Translations under genes and position numbers: made by a program
Shown: piece after piece, positions 13,415-33,015 of the stretch
How the letters are laid out: every line of letters begins with the position of its first letter
Numbering within the stretch: position 1 is the first letter of the stretch
From: Tubulanus polymorphus
Lineage: Eukaryota; Animalia; Nemertea
Direction: 5' to 3'
Assembly: GCF_964204645.1 (NCBI RefSeq)
Contig: NC_134028.1
Span: 24,548,345 to 24,612,344, forward strand
DNA: 64,000 bases
The notes under the pieces: generated by a model
Told to the model about the DNA's origin: nothing
Seen by the model: the letters and a program-made list of their open reading frames with translations, nothing else
The model's database searches: none

Positions 13415-14290
13415 TATGGAAATTATTATGATAAATTCTAAATGAAATATTTTGTCATTACAGGATATCTTCTTTTAATCATTGCAGCTAAATTTCAACT
13501 ATAAGAAAAAAACCCAGCTTGAGATCGACTACTCGTCCAAAATCGACCAACTGGAACAGCGCACAGATGAGGCCAACTAACTAACCAACTAATAGGATAA
13601 TCCCCGATAACCAAGCAATCATAAAAGGTAACTTGATATACATGGAATTATTTCGATAAATTCTAAATGAAATATTTTTTCATTACAGGATATCTTCTTT
13701 TAATCATTGCAGCTAAATTTCAACTATAAGAAAAAACCCAGCTTGAGATCGACTACTCGTCTAAAATCGACCAACTGGAACAGGGCACAGATGAGGCCAA
13801 CTAACTAACCAACTAATAGGATAATCCACGATAACCAAGCAATCATTAAAGGTAACTTGATATACATGAAATTATTTCGATAAATTTGAAATGAAATATT
13901 TTGTCATTACATGATATCTTCTTTTAATCATTGCAGCTAAATTTCAACTATAAGAAAAAACCCAGCTTTAGATCAACTACTCGTCCAAAATCGACCAACT
14001 GGAACAGCGCACAGATGAGGCCAACTAACTAACCAACTAATAGGATAATCGCCGATAACCAAGCAATCATAAAAGGTAACTTGATATACATGGAATTATT
14101 TCGATAAATTCTAAATGAATTATTTTTTCATTACTGGATATCTTCTTTTAATCATTGCAGCTAAATTTCAACTATGGGAAAAAACCCAGCTTGAGATCAA
14201 CTACTCGTCCAAAATCTACAAATTGGAACGGGGCACAGAAAAGACCAGAACTGAACCCAGCAATCTTTAAAGGTAAGTTGATATACATGA
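13415..14290 (+). repeat. ~225-bp tandem repeat, 4 copies, each with splice acceptor-like and donor-like sites
   Basis: Each unit has TCTTCTTTTAATCATTGCAG| (13487, 13712, 13936, 14160) and AAAG|GTAA(C/G)T (13627, 13851, 14075, 14272). Confidence 0.9.
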
Positions 14291-17200
14291 AATTACCTGT
14301 ATATAGAAATTTCAGTCCTCATATGAACATCATTTCATAAGTGGCTATCATCCAAATCTATTTACCGGTCCACATGGCTGCTTTAATCTTCACTAGTCTT
14401 AAACAGTGATGAACTAGTCCTACTACTGCAATTAATTATTGGGGTTTAAATCAGCAATTGACGTCAATGAATTTTACTTTGTGAAAAACAGGGTGGCTTG
14501 TAATTTGAAATGACACGTAAATTATGATAAATCTGTCTGAAATGTTTTGCTTTCTTCAGTTTGTTTCAGGCAAACTACATCTCGGAAAAATTGGCCTGTA
14601 GAAGACACTCACAAGTAGATGAATACTGATCGACCCATTTGCTGATGAAAACTGCAGAAGCCCAGATGAAAAGTTTAGGAACCAGCAACGGATTAATCAC
14701 TCAATGATGGATTCTTCTACAATCGGTGGTTGATTTCTATAAAACATTAAATGTCAGGAGCAGCAGAGACAATAGTGAATCTCATAAACACTGATTCACG
14801 ATAAACACTGTTTTAAAAGCAGCAAAGACTATAGTGTATCTTATTAGGAGCAGCATAGATAATAGTGCATGTTATAAACACTGAAATCCAGGAGCGGCGA
14901 AGACTATAGCGGACTTCTGTAGTAAAGTATTGATTTTTTTGCTTATCACCTTTTTCAAACCAGTCTGATGGATAATATAATGTTTTCGGAAACTATTTGA
15001 TAATGTTCATGCAATGTGAGAGTCTAATAAAAGCTGAGCTCCATTAATGCACGATTTTGGTCTTCGATCCTTGGTCGATAGATAAGACAAGTTAGGTTTG
15101 TCACTAGGGGTAAATGGTTGTGTTGAGTGCCTTGTTTGTAGGTCTGTTGAGTTAACCTAAACTGAGATATAGTTTCAACATGAATTGTGAGTTTAATCTT
15201 CCAACTTACCTGGCTATTTGTCCGTGTAGATATCACATAGTTAGGAAACATAGAACATAACGTTAGACCAGTGTTGATGTTCAAATATTAACTATTTGCT
15301 GAATTGTAGATGTACAAATTTGATGGCATTGATATTTTCGAAGGTAACCAATTTGAAAAATTTGAAACGAATCGTAGATGAATTCAATATTTCTATGATC
15401 AAAAACTATTTATACAGTATGTAATACAGGTCCCACTCCATAGATAGGACAATTTACTAATTAACCGATCGCTTAGAAATTAGCAATCATTCAATATCAT
15501 ATAATATTTGATGAGAAAATCTTCTAGTGTAGATATTTTAGGGCCCCATGTACATTAAGGCTGGCTTTACTTGTAAAGATATATATATATATCAATAAAA
15601 CTTTTTCGTCGGTTAATAGATTTTTTTACAAATAGTATATTGATACATTTATAAACATTCAGGCACTTTACAGTATATATTATGTGCTGCTTTACCCATT
15701 GCATTAATGAATTTCTCCGCGGAAAGATGTATGAAATAGTGTCTAGGGCTCTATCGAGATCTGGTGTAATATGGGGAAAACTATGGACTGCGGGTCTTTT
15801 AGAAACCGTACTTAGGTCTCAAGCGCTTTGACAAATCTAGAATGAAACAAAGCTTAAATTGATTCAAATCATTCCCCAGAGCCATACTCTGTGCCTTGTT
15901 TTGCGCTATGATTATTGTTTAACTGACAATTATCATGTATATATATAGCTAGGACAAATTGCTCATTAACAAATGGCTTAGATATCCACAATTAAGATGA
16001 ATTCAATATTTCTATGATCAAAAATTATTTATACATAATACAGGTCCATAATATAAATTTCGTTAAACTGAAAATTTAAATATAGCTGATATATGTATGA
16101 GTACATCTGAATCAGTCTCATCGACTGATCAGTATTTATATCTCCAACTGCCGTACTTACGGTGACTGGTCATGCTCATGGTCAATATTTCCAAAATTTA
16201 CCAAAACCTAACTGATTCAAATAATATCTAAAACCATACTGTGTGTCAAGTGACGCATAATAGATATTGTTTAACTGACAATTAGAATCTAAGATGAATT
16301 ACTCATTAACGTATTACTTAGATATCTACAATTAAGGTAAATTCAATTATAATATGAAAATATTTTTAATTCAGGTCCATGGACATTTAAAGCTAATACA
16401 TGTGTATCTGAGCACATTTATTTATCTGTATCTAAAGTGAACCTATTATGTCTTCATACAGCTGTATTAGTTTTGATACAAATTGCCAAATTCAAATAAC
16501 GCAGATTTACTTCCGATCGAAGGGAGATAAAACAAATCTGTACGTGCACAAATACATTCCTGAATTTGGAAGGGGGAATATTTCAATTTCACTGTGTATG
16601 TCAGATTGAGAGCCTTATTTTGACAGGATATCCTAAACTTAGGTCTTATTCCTCTTGCTAATAGCTCTCTTTTACTAACCCCTCTCCTTCAATCTATATT
16701 CCAGCATCATGACTCGCACCGCACCAGGGAGGTCCAGTCATAACAAGGTCTTTCGGTCCTTATACACAGTGTACTGTAAAAGGGAAGATTATATAGCATT
16801 CGGCTAAGGGAATTTCTAATTTACCACTAAAAATGTGCTTTTATCTTAATTTCTGATGAATTCAAATAGTGATGAATTCAACTGACAATTAAAATATAGC
16901 TAGTATGATTACTAATTAACGGATTGCTTTAGATATCTAGAAGATTAATTAAAATCAATTCAATATAATGAATATAAGTGAAAATTATTTAAAAAATAGC
17001 GCAGTGGATGAGACGACTGTATCGTGCGATGTCGTCTGCGTCTTACTGGGCCACATGTGTGTGGGATCTGTTGAATCAGTTAGGTTTTGGGGAATTCTGG
17101 ATCAAACTAGGTATCAAAAGCTCTGATGCAAAATTAGCTGTTTGAAATAGTGATCAATCCAAATTTGTACCGGATCTTAAATTCTTCTAGTGTAGAAAAT

Positions 17201-17479
17201 TCAATAATTTAAATTATAGAGGACATTAGTTGACTGATTATAGGTATCTACGATGATGATTAATTCAGTATCTTCATCTCAAAAGTGCTCAATACTCAAC
17301 CATAGAGGTTGATAAGACAATTGTATAATTTAATATTGGTTGATCAAAAGAATACAGGAAGTGTAACTCTGGCTCTTGTGCGAAGGATTTATTGAATCTT
17401 AAAAAAGACTTTGCAGAATTCTGGATTTATCAAGGTGTGGGAATGATTTAAAGTTTCTTATGTCTAAATCTTGATGAAT

Positions 17480-24570
<7,091 letters not shown>

Positions 24571-25074
24571 ATCAGTCGCGTGCTGGTTAGACTGGTTGGA
24601 AGATTGTTTGAATGAACTGGAACCGAATTTCCAATTATGTGCTTGGATTTAAAGAAAATAAATTCTGTAAACTCGACCGCCGATCACACAACTATATCTA
24701 TCATAGAAGGTACAACTTGAATTTAACTCATCAACTACCACGGAAGAGTCCAACGAATTTAACTCATGAACCAACTAAGACAATCCTAGCGGATACTCAG
24801 CAATCTTGAAAGGTAAGTTGATTCACATGGAAATTATTATGATTAATGTTATATGAAATATTGTGTGAATACAGGATATTTTCTTTAACTCTTTTCAGCT
24901 GAATCACATCTATGAGAAAAAGCCCATACTAAGATCAACTAACCATCTAGAATCTACTGATTAAAACAGTCAGCAGAATGAATCCAACTTGAATTTAACT
25001 GCTGAAGTCCAGATGAGAAATTCAGCCAGCATCGGTTGATCGCTCAATGATGGATTTCAGCCTACAATTGGTGG

Positions 25075-25282
25075 AGCTGAGACATTGCGTGTGTTATTAC
25101 AATCATTCAGGAGCAGCGGAGACATTGCGTGTGTTATTACAATTATTCAGGAGCAGCAGAGACATTGCGTATCTTATAAACACTTATTCAGGAGCAGCAG
25201 AGACAATGCGTATCTTATAAACACTTATTCAGGAGCAGCAGAGACAATGCGTGTCTTATAAACCCTTATTCAGGAGCAGCAA
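25075..25282. repeat. ~41-bp tandem repeat, ~5 copies (diverged relative at 14755-14910)
   Basis: Unit CAGGAGCAGCAGAGACATTGCGTATCTTATAAACACTTATT. Confidence 0.9.
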
Positions 25283-26140
25283 CAACAGTAGAATATGTGA
25301 AGTATTGATTTATTTTACGTATCACCTTTTTACAAATCAGTCTGATGTGTAACATGAGTTTATAAAATTCACTGTCTATTTGAAGGGGCGGAATAAACTA
25401 AAGAAATAGTTGATTAGTTGTTGAAATGTTGATTAATTAGGTAATTTGTGCTCTGGGCCTGAGAAGGAACTATTCATATTTGAATATTTCAATAAAATGG
25501 CATCCTCCTGATTCTTTATATTGATTAGGCAAACTGTTTAGATTTGTTTAACAGATGAGTCATTTAAGTCCTTAAAGTTCCTTCTTGGAGTCTCATAGAA
25601 TTTACGCTCTATTAATTCATGGTATTAATCGCGTTCAGCGTCTCAGTTTGACTCGTAGGTCGGTTGAAATACACCTAAATTGAGATATAATATCGACAGG
25701 ATAGTTCAGATAATCTTCATACTTTAGTTAAACATAGCTTTGCATAATTTGTAATAATGACATAGTTCATAGAATGAACTACTCTCTTAGTCTTTATTCG
25801 ATTATTTATATTAGAAATAATGATTCATTTTATATTTCCTGTGAGTGTAAATGATTTGCATAGCCTAAATGTTCAAAAGGGAGAGCGTAGTCAGTTAAAC
25901 AGTTGCAACTTTTAAACGCAATAAAGGATGTTGGAAGTTATTAGTTTGAACTCCTGAACTTGATTTTGATCGTTTTAATTTTGTTTGTAGCTGTTTTAAC
26001 ATCTTTCATTGTCATCCATATCATAAGGTTGAGTGGCTTTCATAATAATCGGGGTGTTTTATAATAAACTATTATTTAGGTGCAGCAGTGAATTTGTAGC
26101 ACTTTTTTTTTTAAGTGAGCCCATAATTTCCCCGATAAAA

Positions 26141-26750
26141 AATTCCTGATGATGTAGATTGTAATTAATAGTACAAAATGCATAGAACATAATTAAGAAA
26201 AATACATAAAAAAACAATTAATAAAAAAATACATAAAAAAAAAACAAATTAAATTATAAGTAATAAAAATAAACAAAACCAACAAACAATTAGTAAATAC
26301 TCTATGCAGGGCCTTCATCATCAGGCATTTTTTCAAATCAACTTAATCCAATTATTAAAGGTTCTTCTTTCATAGAACAACCTTCTCCGTGTTTCCCAAC
26401 CTTTTGAGATCCTTTCTGTTGTTGTTTTAAGCATTCTATCGGCTCAGTAATAAACAAAACAAATAACCATAAACCTTAACTAAATCAAACACACTAAAAA
26501 TATCTGTTTCGATAGAATGCTTCAAATAACTGATGAAAGATCATGCGTCCATTTACCTATATGTCACACCCTATCACTGCTGTAACTGTTAATTGTTTTA
26601 GGGATAATATCTGGGGGATACATTTTACTCTTTTTTAGAAAGAATGTTAAACAGCTATAAACGTGATTAGTTATCGATAGTAAGATTATTGTCATTTTTT
26701 CCCTGAAATAACGTTGTATTAAATGAGCGAACTGATAATGTTTGAAAATC
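26141..26750. repeat. AT-rich block present three times (26141-26750, 29979-30508 truncated, 33017-33620)
   Basis: Shared start AATTCCTGATG...GTAGATTGTAAT; identical ORFs 29903..30118 and 32941..33156 are offset by 3038 bp. Confidence 0.92.
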
Positions 26751-27339
26751 TCAGGCAAAGTAAGAAAAACTCTAGTTATCTTGTAAAACTCTAGTTATCT
26801 TGGAAAATAATTTTAATGAAAATGAAAAGAAAGATTGATTAGCTAATCTCAAGCTCTCCAGAGTCAATCTTTAGGTTTTATCTCTGATTCTAATGCTTTT
26901 ATGTTGAATTGTTTTTTTTTCAAATACAGTTCACCCATTGGTTAACGAAGAACTGATAATTCCTCGATGGAAAGCAAAGTTTGCAAAATTTCAGTTTTCT
27001 TATAAAAATGATGTTAATGAAATGAAATTAGAGATTGATTATTTGAATGAATTTGTGGTTTTATGTCCAGTTTTAATGTTTATATGCTGGAGATATGTTT
27101 TGCATTTTTTTGTATAAACAGAAATCTTTCTTACATTGTCATTTGCTAGTTGATATGATAGAAGCTTCATATTTCATGAAATAATCAAGTTTCACTTATG
27201 CCCGGTGACATCATGAAATGTCAAATTAATAGTCTTAGACATTCAGACTAGTCCCTATTGTCGGTGTTTTATGGATCAAAGTTTACAATTCTTTGTGTAA
27301 TTTTGTTATTTTCTTATTGATTCAAATTGTATGAATCAG

Positions 27340-27950
27340 TGGCAGTGGAAATTTGAATAAAAACCTTGAAATACCTTGCATGATATGTGATATTAAAAGC
27401 TAGTAATTTTATTATTGAATAATCTAAGTCATTATTATAAGGCTAAAAATGATACCTTGTTTTTCCTGATCGATCGGGTCATTTCATTAATCAATGAAAT
27501 TTGTAATCAGTTAATTTCTACCTGCCGGGTCTGTTATGGTTAGCTTGATCATGATTTTAAAGTAATATCTTGGCAGATAGGTGGCCGGCCGGGTCAAATT
27601 TTAAACAGTAAAAATGTAAATCAGATTGATTCATTAAATTTTACGCTTTCCAGAGTATTTGGCCAGGTTTATCTCTGGTTTTAGTGCGGGGAGCCATGGA
27701 CTCCAGAGAGTCCATGGTTGTCGGCCATAGACGTTTCTGTTTTAGAGTCTATGGTTGGACCACGGATGTATAAACTCTAGTTTATATTTTATACGTCCAT
27801 GGTTGGACTGTTTTTGAAATACAGTCCACGTGTTTGAGGAGCTTACGTTATAATTCCTCGAGCACAAACCTGGCATTTTGTATAATTGTTGTACACTGTA
27901 TGAGAATAAATGTGATTGAAATTCTTTATCTGTTTAGCTACTCTGAACTT
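27340..27950. repeat. Segment duplicated at ~33670-34205
   Basis: Shared CCTTGAAATACCTTGCATGA, TTCTACCTGCCGGGTCTGTTA, TTTCCAGAGTATTTGGCCAGGTTTATCTCTGG, CTCGAGCACAAACCTGGCATTTTGTATAATTG. Confidence 0.9.
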
Positions 27951-28509
27951 TGTTAGTTCACCAGTGAGTGGTTTTTTGTTATCTTGCAATCCACCTCTTT
28001 TTTCAACTCAATATTCCCACCAACATTGTGCGAGGATGTCCGGAAAACATGACAATCGAATATTGGCAATACAGCTTACCACTTCAACCCGGACACACTA
28101 ACACTTGTTGACCGGTTAGAAGCGAGTGTTGAGCTGCCGAAGAGTAATTACGAAATTAGCAATCTTTTTGATTGTCACTATAGCCATCAGGGGCGGATCC
28201 AGACCGTATTGCCCAATGCATTGTTTGTACGGTCTAAAATTTAAGTGCCCTTCGGCAATATTTTGTGACGGCATATATATTTCACCACCCGCTAATTTAA
28301 TATTTCCACTGATGATCGGTTTGATTTTTATAAAAAGAAGCAGAGTCCTGAATAGTTAACTTTGCTTTTTAAAAGTGGCACCCAGTATCCTTCTTTTGGT
28401 GTTAACATTACATGATTAATTACATGAGATTTGTTTCTCTTGTAAAAATCATTGTTTTTATCTTCTTCATGCTTTCGGTAAATGTAGCCGATGACCTCCT
28501 GATCGTCTC

Positions 28510-31500
28510 TAAGGTTCGAACCCAGTAATTACTGATACTGGTTCAGAGTGGTCCTGATGCTGAATAGAGGGTGCACAGGGGTATCCCGGGTTCAAACCCA
28601 GTAATTACTGATACTGTTTGAGAGTGGGCCTGATGCCGAATAGAGAATGCACGGGGGTGTCCCGACCGTACAGTGCTGCCGCTATGCTCATCGTTAGCGG
28701 GATTGTCATACACTAACTAAAGTCAACTCTGGCAATCGACGTGCAGTCCAGTTATACTCCGTGACCTTAGCGTGCCAGAGTTGACTAACGTTAGTGTATA
28801 AAAATCCCGCTAACGATCAGCATAGAGGCAGCACCGTACGGTAAAATGTTGATATCTTAACAAAAGTAATTACTGATAACTGATTGAGAGCGGTACTGAT
28901 GCTGAATAGAGGATGTACGGGGATGTCCCGAGTTCAAACCCATCAATTACTGTGATTCAGAGTGGTCCTGATGGTGAAGGATGAACAGGGGTATCCCGGG
29001 TTCGAATCCAGTAATTTTTGATGCCGATTCAGAGTGGTCCTAATGCTGAATAGAGGATGTACAGGAGTGTCCCGGGTTCAAACCCAGTAATTACTGATAC
29101 TGATTCAGAGTTGTCCAGATGCTGAATAAAGGATGTACAGGGGTGTCCCGACCGTACAGTGCTGCCGCTATGCTCATCGTTAGCGGGATTTTTATACACT
29201 AACTAAAGTCAACTCTGGCAATCGACGTGCTGTCCAGTTACTCTGTGACCTTAGCTTGCCAGAGTTGACTAACGTTAGTGTATAAAAATCCCGCCAACGA
29301 TTAGCATAGAGGCAGCACCGTACGGTAAAATGCTGATATCTTAACAAAAGTAATTACTGATTACTGATTCAGAGCGGTACTGATGCTGAATAGAGGATGA
29401 ACAGGGATGTCCCGGGTTCAAACCCATCAATTACTGTGATTCAGAGTGGTCCTGATGGATAAAGGATGAACAGGGGTATCCCGGGTTCGAATCCAGTAAT
29501 TATTGATGCCGATTCAGAGTGGTCCTAATGCTGAATAGAGGATGTACAGGAGTGTCCCGGGTTCAAACCCAGTAATTACTGATACTGATTCAGAGTTGTC
29601 CTGATGCTGAATAAAGGATGTACAGGGGTGTCCCGACCGTACAGTGCTGCCGCTATGCTCATCGTTAGCGGGATTTTTATACACTAACTAAAGTCAACTC
29701 TGGCAATCGACGTGCTGTCCAGTTACTCTGTGACCTTAGCTTGCCAGAGTTGACTAACGTTAGTGTATAAAAATCCCGCCAACGATTAGCATAGAGGCAG
29801 CACCGTACGGTAAAATGCTGATATCTTAACAAAAGTAATTACTGATAACTGATTCAGAGCGGTACTGATGCTGAATAGAGGATGTACGGGGATGTCCCGG
29901 GTTCAAACCCAGTAATTACTGATACTGAATGAGAGTGGTCTCGATGCTGAATAGAGGATGTACAGGGATGTCCCGACCAATTCCTGATGTTGTAGATTGT
30001 AATAAATAGTACAAAATACATAGAACATAATTAAGAAAAATACATTAAAAAAATCAATTAATAAAAAAATACATAACAAAAAAATAAAGTAATAAAAATA
30101 AAAAAAACCAACAAACAATTAGTAAATACTTTATATAGGGCCTTCATCATCAGGCATTTTTTCTAATCAACTTAATCCAATTATTAAAGGTTCTTCTTTC
30201 ATAGAACAACCTTCTCCGTGTTTCCCAACCACTTGAGATCCTTTCTGTTGTTGTTTTAAGCATTCTATCGGCTCAGTAATAAACAAAACAAATAACCATA
30301 AACCTTAACTTAATCAAACACACTAAAAAATATCTGTTTCGATAGAATGCTTCAAATAACTGATGAAAGATCATGCGTCCATTTACCTATATATCACACC
30401 CTATCACTGATGTAACTGTTAATTGTTTTAGGGCTAATATCTGGGAGATACATTTTACTCTTTTTTAGAAAGAATGTTAAACAGCTATAAACGTGATTAG
30501 TTATCGATACACTAACTAAAGTCAACTCTGGCAATCGACGTGCAGTCCAGTTATACTCCGTGACCTTAGCTTGCCAGAGTTGACTAACGTTAGTGTATAA
30601 AAATCCCGCTAACGATCAGCATAGAGGCAGCACCGTACGGTAAAATGTTGATATCTTAACAAAAGTAATTACTGATAACTGATTGAGAGCGGTACTGATG
30701 CTGAATAGAGGATGTACGGGGATGTCCCGGGTTCAAACCCATCAATTACTGTGATTCAGAGTGGTCCTGATGGTGAAAGATGAACAGGGGTATCCCGGGT
30801 TCGAATCCAGTAATTTTTGATGCCGATTCAGAGTGGTCCTAATGCTGAATAGAGGATGTACAGGAGTGTCCCGGGTTCAAACCCAGTAATTACTGATACT
30901 GATTCAGAGTTGTCCTGATGCTGAATAAAGGATGTACAGGGGTGTCCCGACCGTACAGTGCTGCCGCTATGCTCATCGTTAGCGGGATTTTTATACACTA
31001 ACTAAAGTCAACTCTGGCAATCGACGTGCTGTCCAGTTACTCTGTGACCTTAGCTTGCCAGAGTTGACTAACGTTAGTGTATAAAAATCCCGCCAACGAT
31101 TAGCATAGAGGCAGCACCGTACGGTAAAATGCTGATATCTTAACAAAAGTAATTACTGATTACTGATTCAGAGCGGTACTGATGCTGAATAGAGGATGAA
31201 CAGGGATGTCCCGGGTTCAAACCCATCAATTACTGTGATTCAGAGTGGTCCTGATGGATAAAGGATGAACAGGGGTATCCCGGGTTCGAATCCAGTAATT
31301 ATTGATGCCGATTCAGAGTGGTCCTAATGCTGAATAGAGGATGTACAGGAGTGTCCCGGGTTCAAACCCAGTAATTACTGATACTGATTCAGAGTTGTCC
31401 TGATGCTGAATAAAGGATGTACAGGGGTGTCTTGACCGTACAGTGCTGCCGCTTTGCTCATCGTTAGCGGGATTTTCATACACTAACTAAAGTCAACTCT

Positions 31501-33015
31501 GGCAATCGACGTGCTGTTCAGTTATACTCCGTGACCTTAGCGTGCCAGAGTTGACTAACGTTAGTGTATAAAAATCCCGCCAACGATGAGCATAGAGGCA
31601 GCACCGTACGGTAAAATGTTGATATCTTAACAAAAGTAATTACTGATTACTGATTCAGAGCGGTACTGATGCTGAATAGAGGATGTACAGGGATGTCCCG
31701 GGTTCAAACCCATCAATTACTGTGATTCAGAGTGGTCCTGATGCTGAATAGAGGATGTACAGGAGTGTCCCGGGTTCAAACCCAGTAATTACTGATACTG
31801 ATTCAGAGGGTCCTGATGCTGAATAGAGGATGTACGCGGGTGTCCCGACCGTACAGTGCTGCCGCTATGCTCATCGTTAGCGGGATTTTCATACACTAAC
31901 TAAAGTCAACTCTGGCAATCGACGTGCTGTCCAGTTATACTCCGTGACCTTAGCGTGCCAGAGTTGACTAACGTTAGTGTATAAAAATCCCGCCAACGAT
32001 GAGCATAGAGGCAGCACCGTACGGTAAAATGTTGATATCTTAACAAAAGTAATTACTGATAACTGATTCAGAGCGGTACTGATGCTGAATAGAGGATGTA
32101 CGGGGGTGTCCCGGGTTCAAACCCAGTAATTACTGATACTGATTCAGAGTGGTCCTGATGCTGAATAGAGGATGTACAGGGATATCCCGGGTTCAAACCC
32201 ATCAATTACCGTGATTCAGAGTGGTCCTGATGGATAAAGGATGAACAGAGATTCAGAGTGGTCCTGATGCTGAATAGAGGATATAAAGGGGTGTCCCGGG
32301 TTCAAACCCAGTAATTACTGATACTGATTCAGAGTGGTCCTGATGCTGAATAGAGGATGTACAGGGATATCCTGGGTTCAAACCCATCAATTACTGTGAT
32401 TCAGAGTGGTCCTGATGGATAAAGGATGTACAGGAGTATCCCGGGTTCAAACCCAGTAATTACTGATACTGTTTGAGAGTGGGCCTGATGCTAAATAGAG
32501 GATGTACGGGGGTGTCCCGGGTTCAAACCCAGTAATTAAGGATACTGGTTCAGAATGGTACTGATGCTGAATAGAGGATGTACAGGGGTGTCCCGGGTTC
32601 AAATCCAGTAATTACTGATACTGATTCAGAGTTGTTATGATGCTGAATAAAGGATGTACAGGGGTGCCCCGACCGTACAGTGCTGCCGCTATGCTCATCG
32701 TTAGCGGGATTTTCATACACTAACTCAAGTCAACTCTGGCAATCGACGTGCTGTCCAGTTATACTCCGTGACCTTAGCTTGCCAGAGTTGACTAACGTTA
32801 GTGTATAAAAATCCCGCTAACGATGAGCATAGAGGCAGCACCGTACGGTAAAATGTTGATATCTTAACAAAAGTAATTACTGATAACTGATTCAGAGCGG
32901 TACTGATGCTGAATAGAGGATGTACGGGGATGTCCCGGGTTCAAACCCAGTAATTACTGATACTGAATGAGAGTGGTCTCGATGCTGAATAGAGGATGTA
33001 CAGGGATGTCCCGAC
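28510..33015 (+). repeat. Composite array: ~70-76 bp tRNA-like (A-box/B-box) units interspersed with a ~177-bp hairpin (7 full copies + 1 truncated)
   Basis: Unit GGGTTCAAACCCAGTAATTACTGATACTGATTCAGAGTGGTCCTGATGCTGAATAGAGGATGTACAGGGGTGTCCC. Hairpins at 28665-28842, 29151-29326, 29636-29811, 30507-30641 (left arm truncated), 30950-31125, 31435-31612, 31848-32025, 32672-32849; commonest period ~485 bp. Confidence 0.95.

Noticed and set aside
28510-33015. CRISPR-like repeat-spacer array
   Set aside because: The intervening sequences are themselves repeated rather than unique, unit sizes do not fit, no cas genes are present and the context is eukaryotic.
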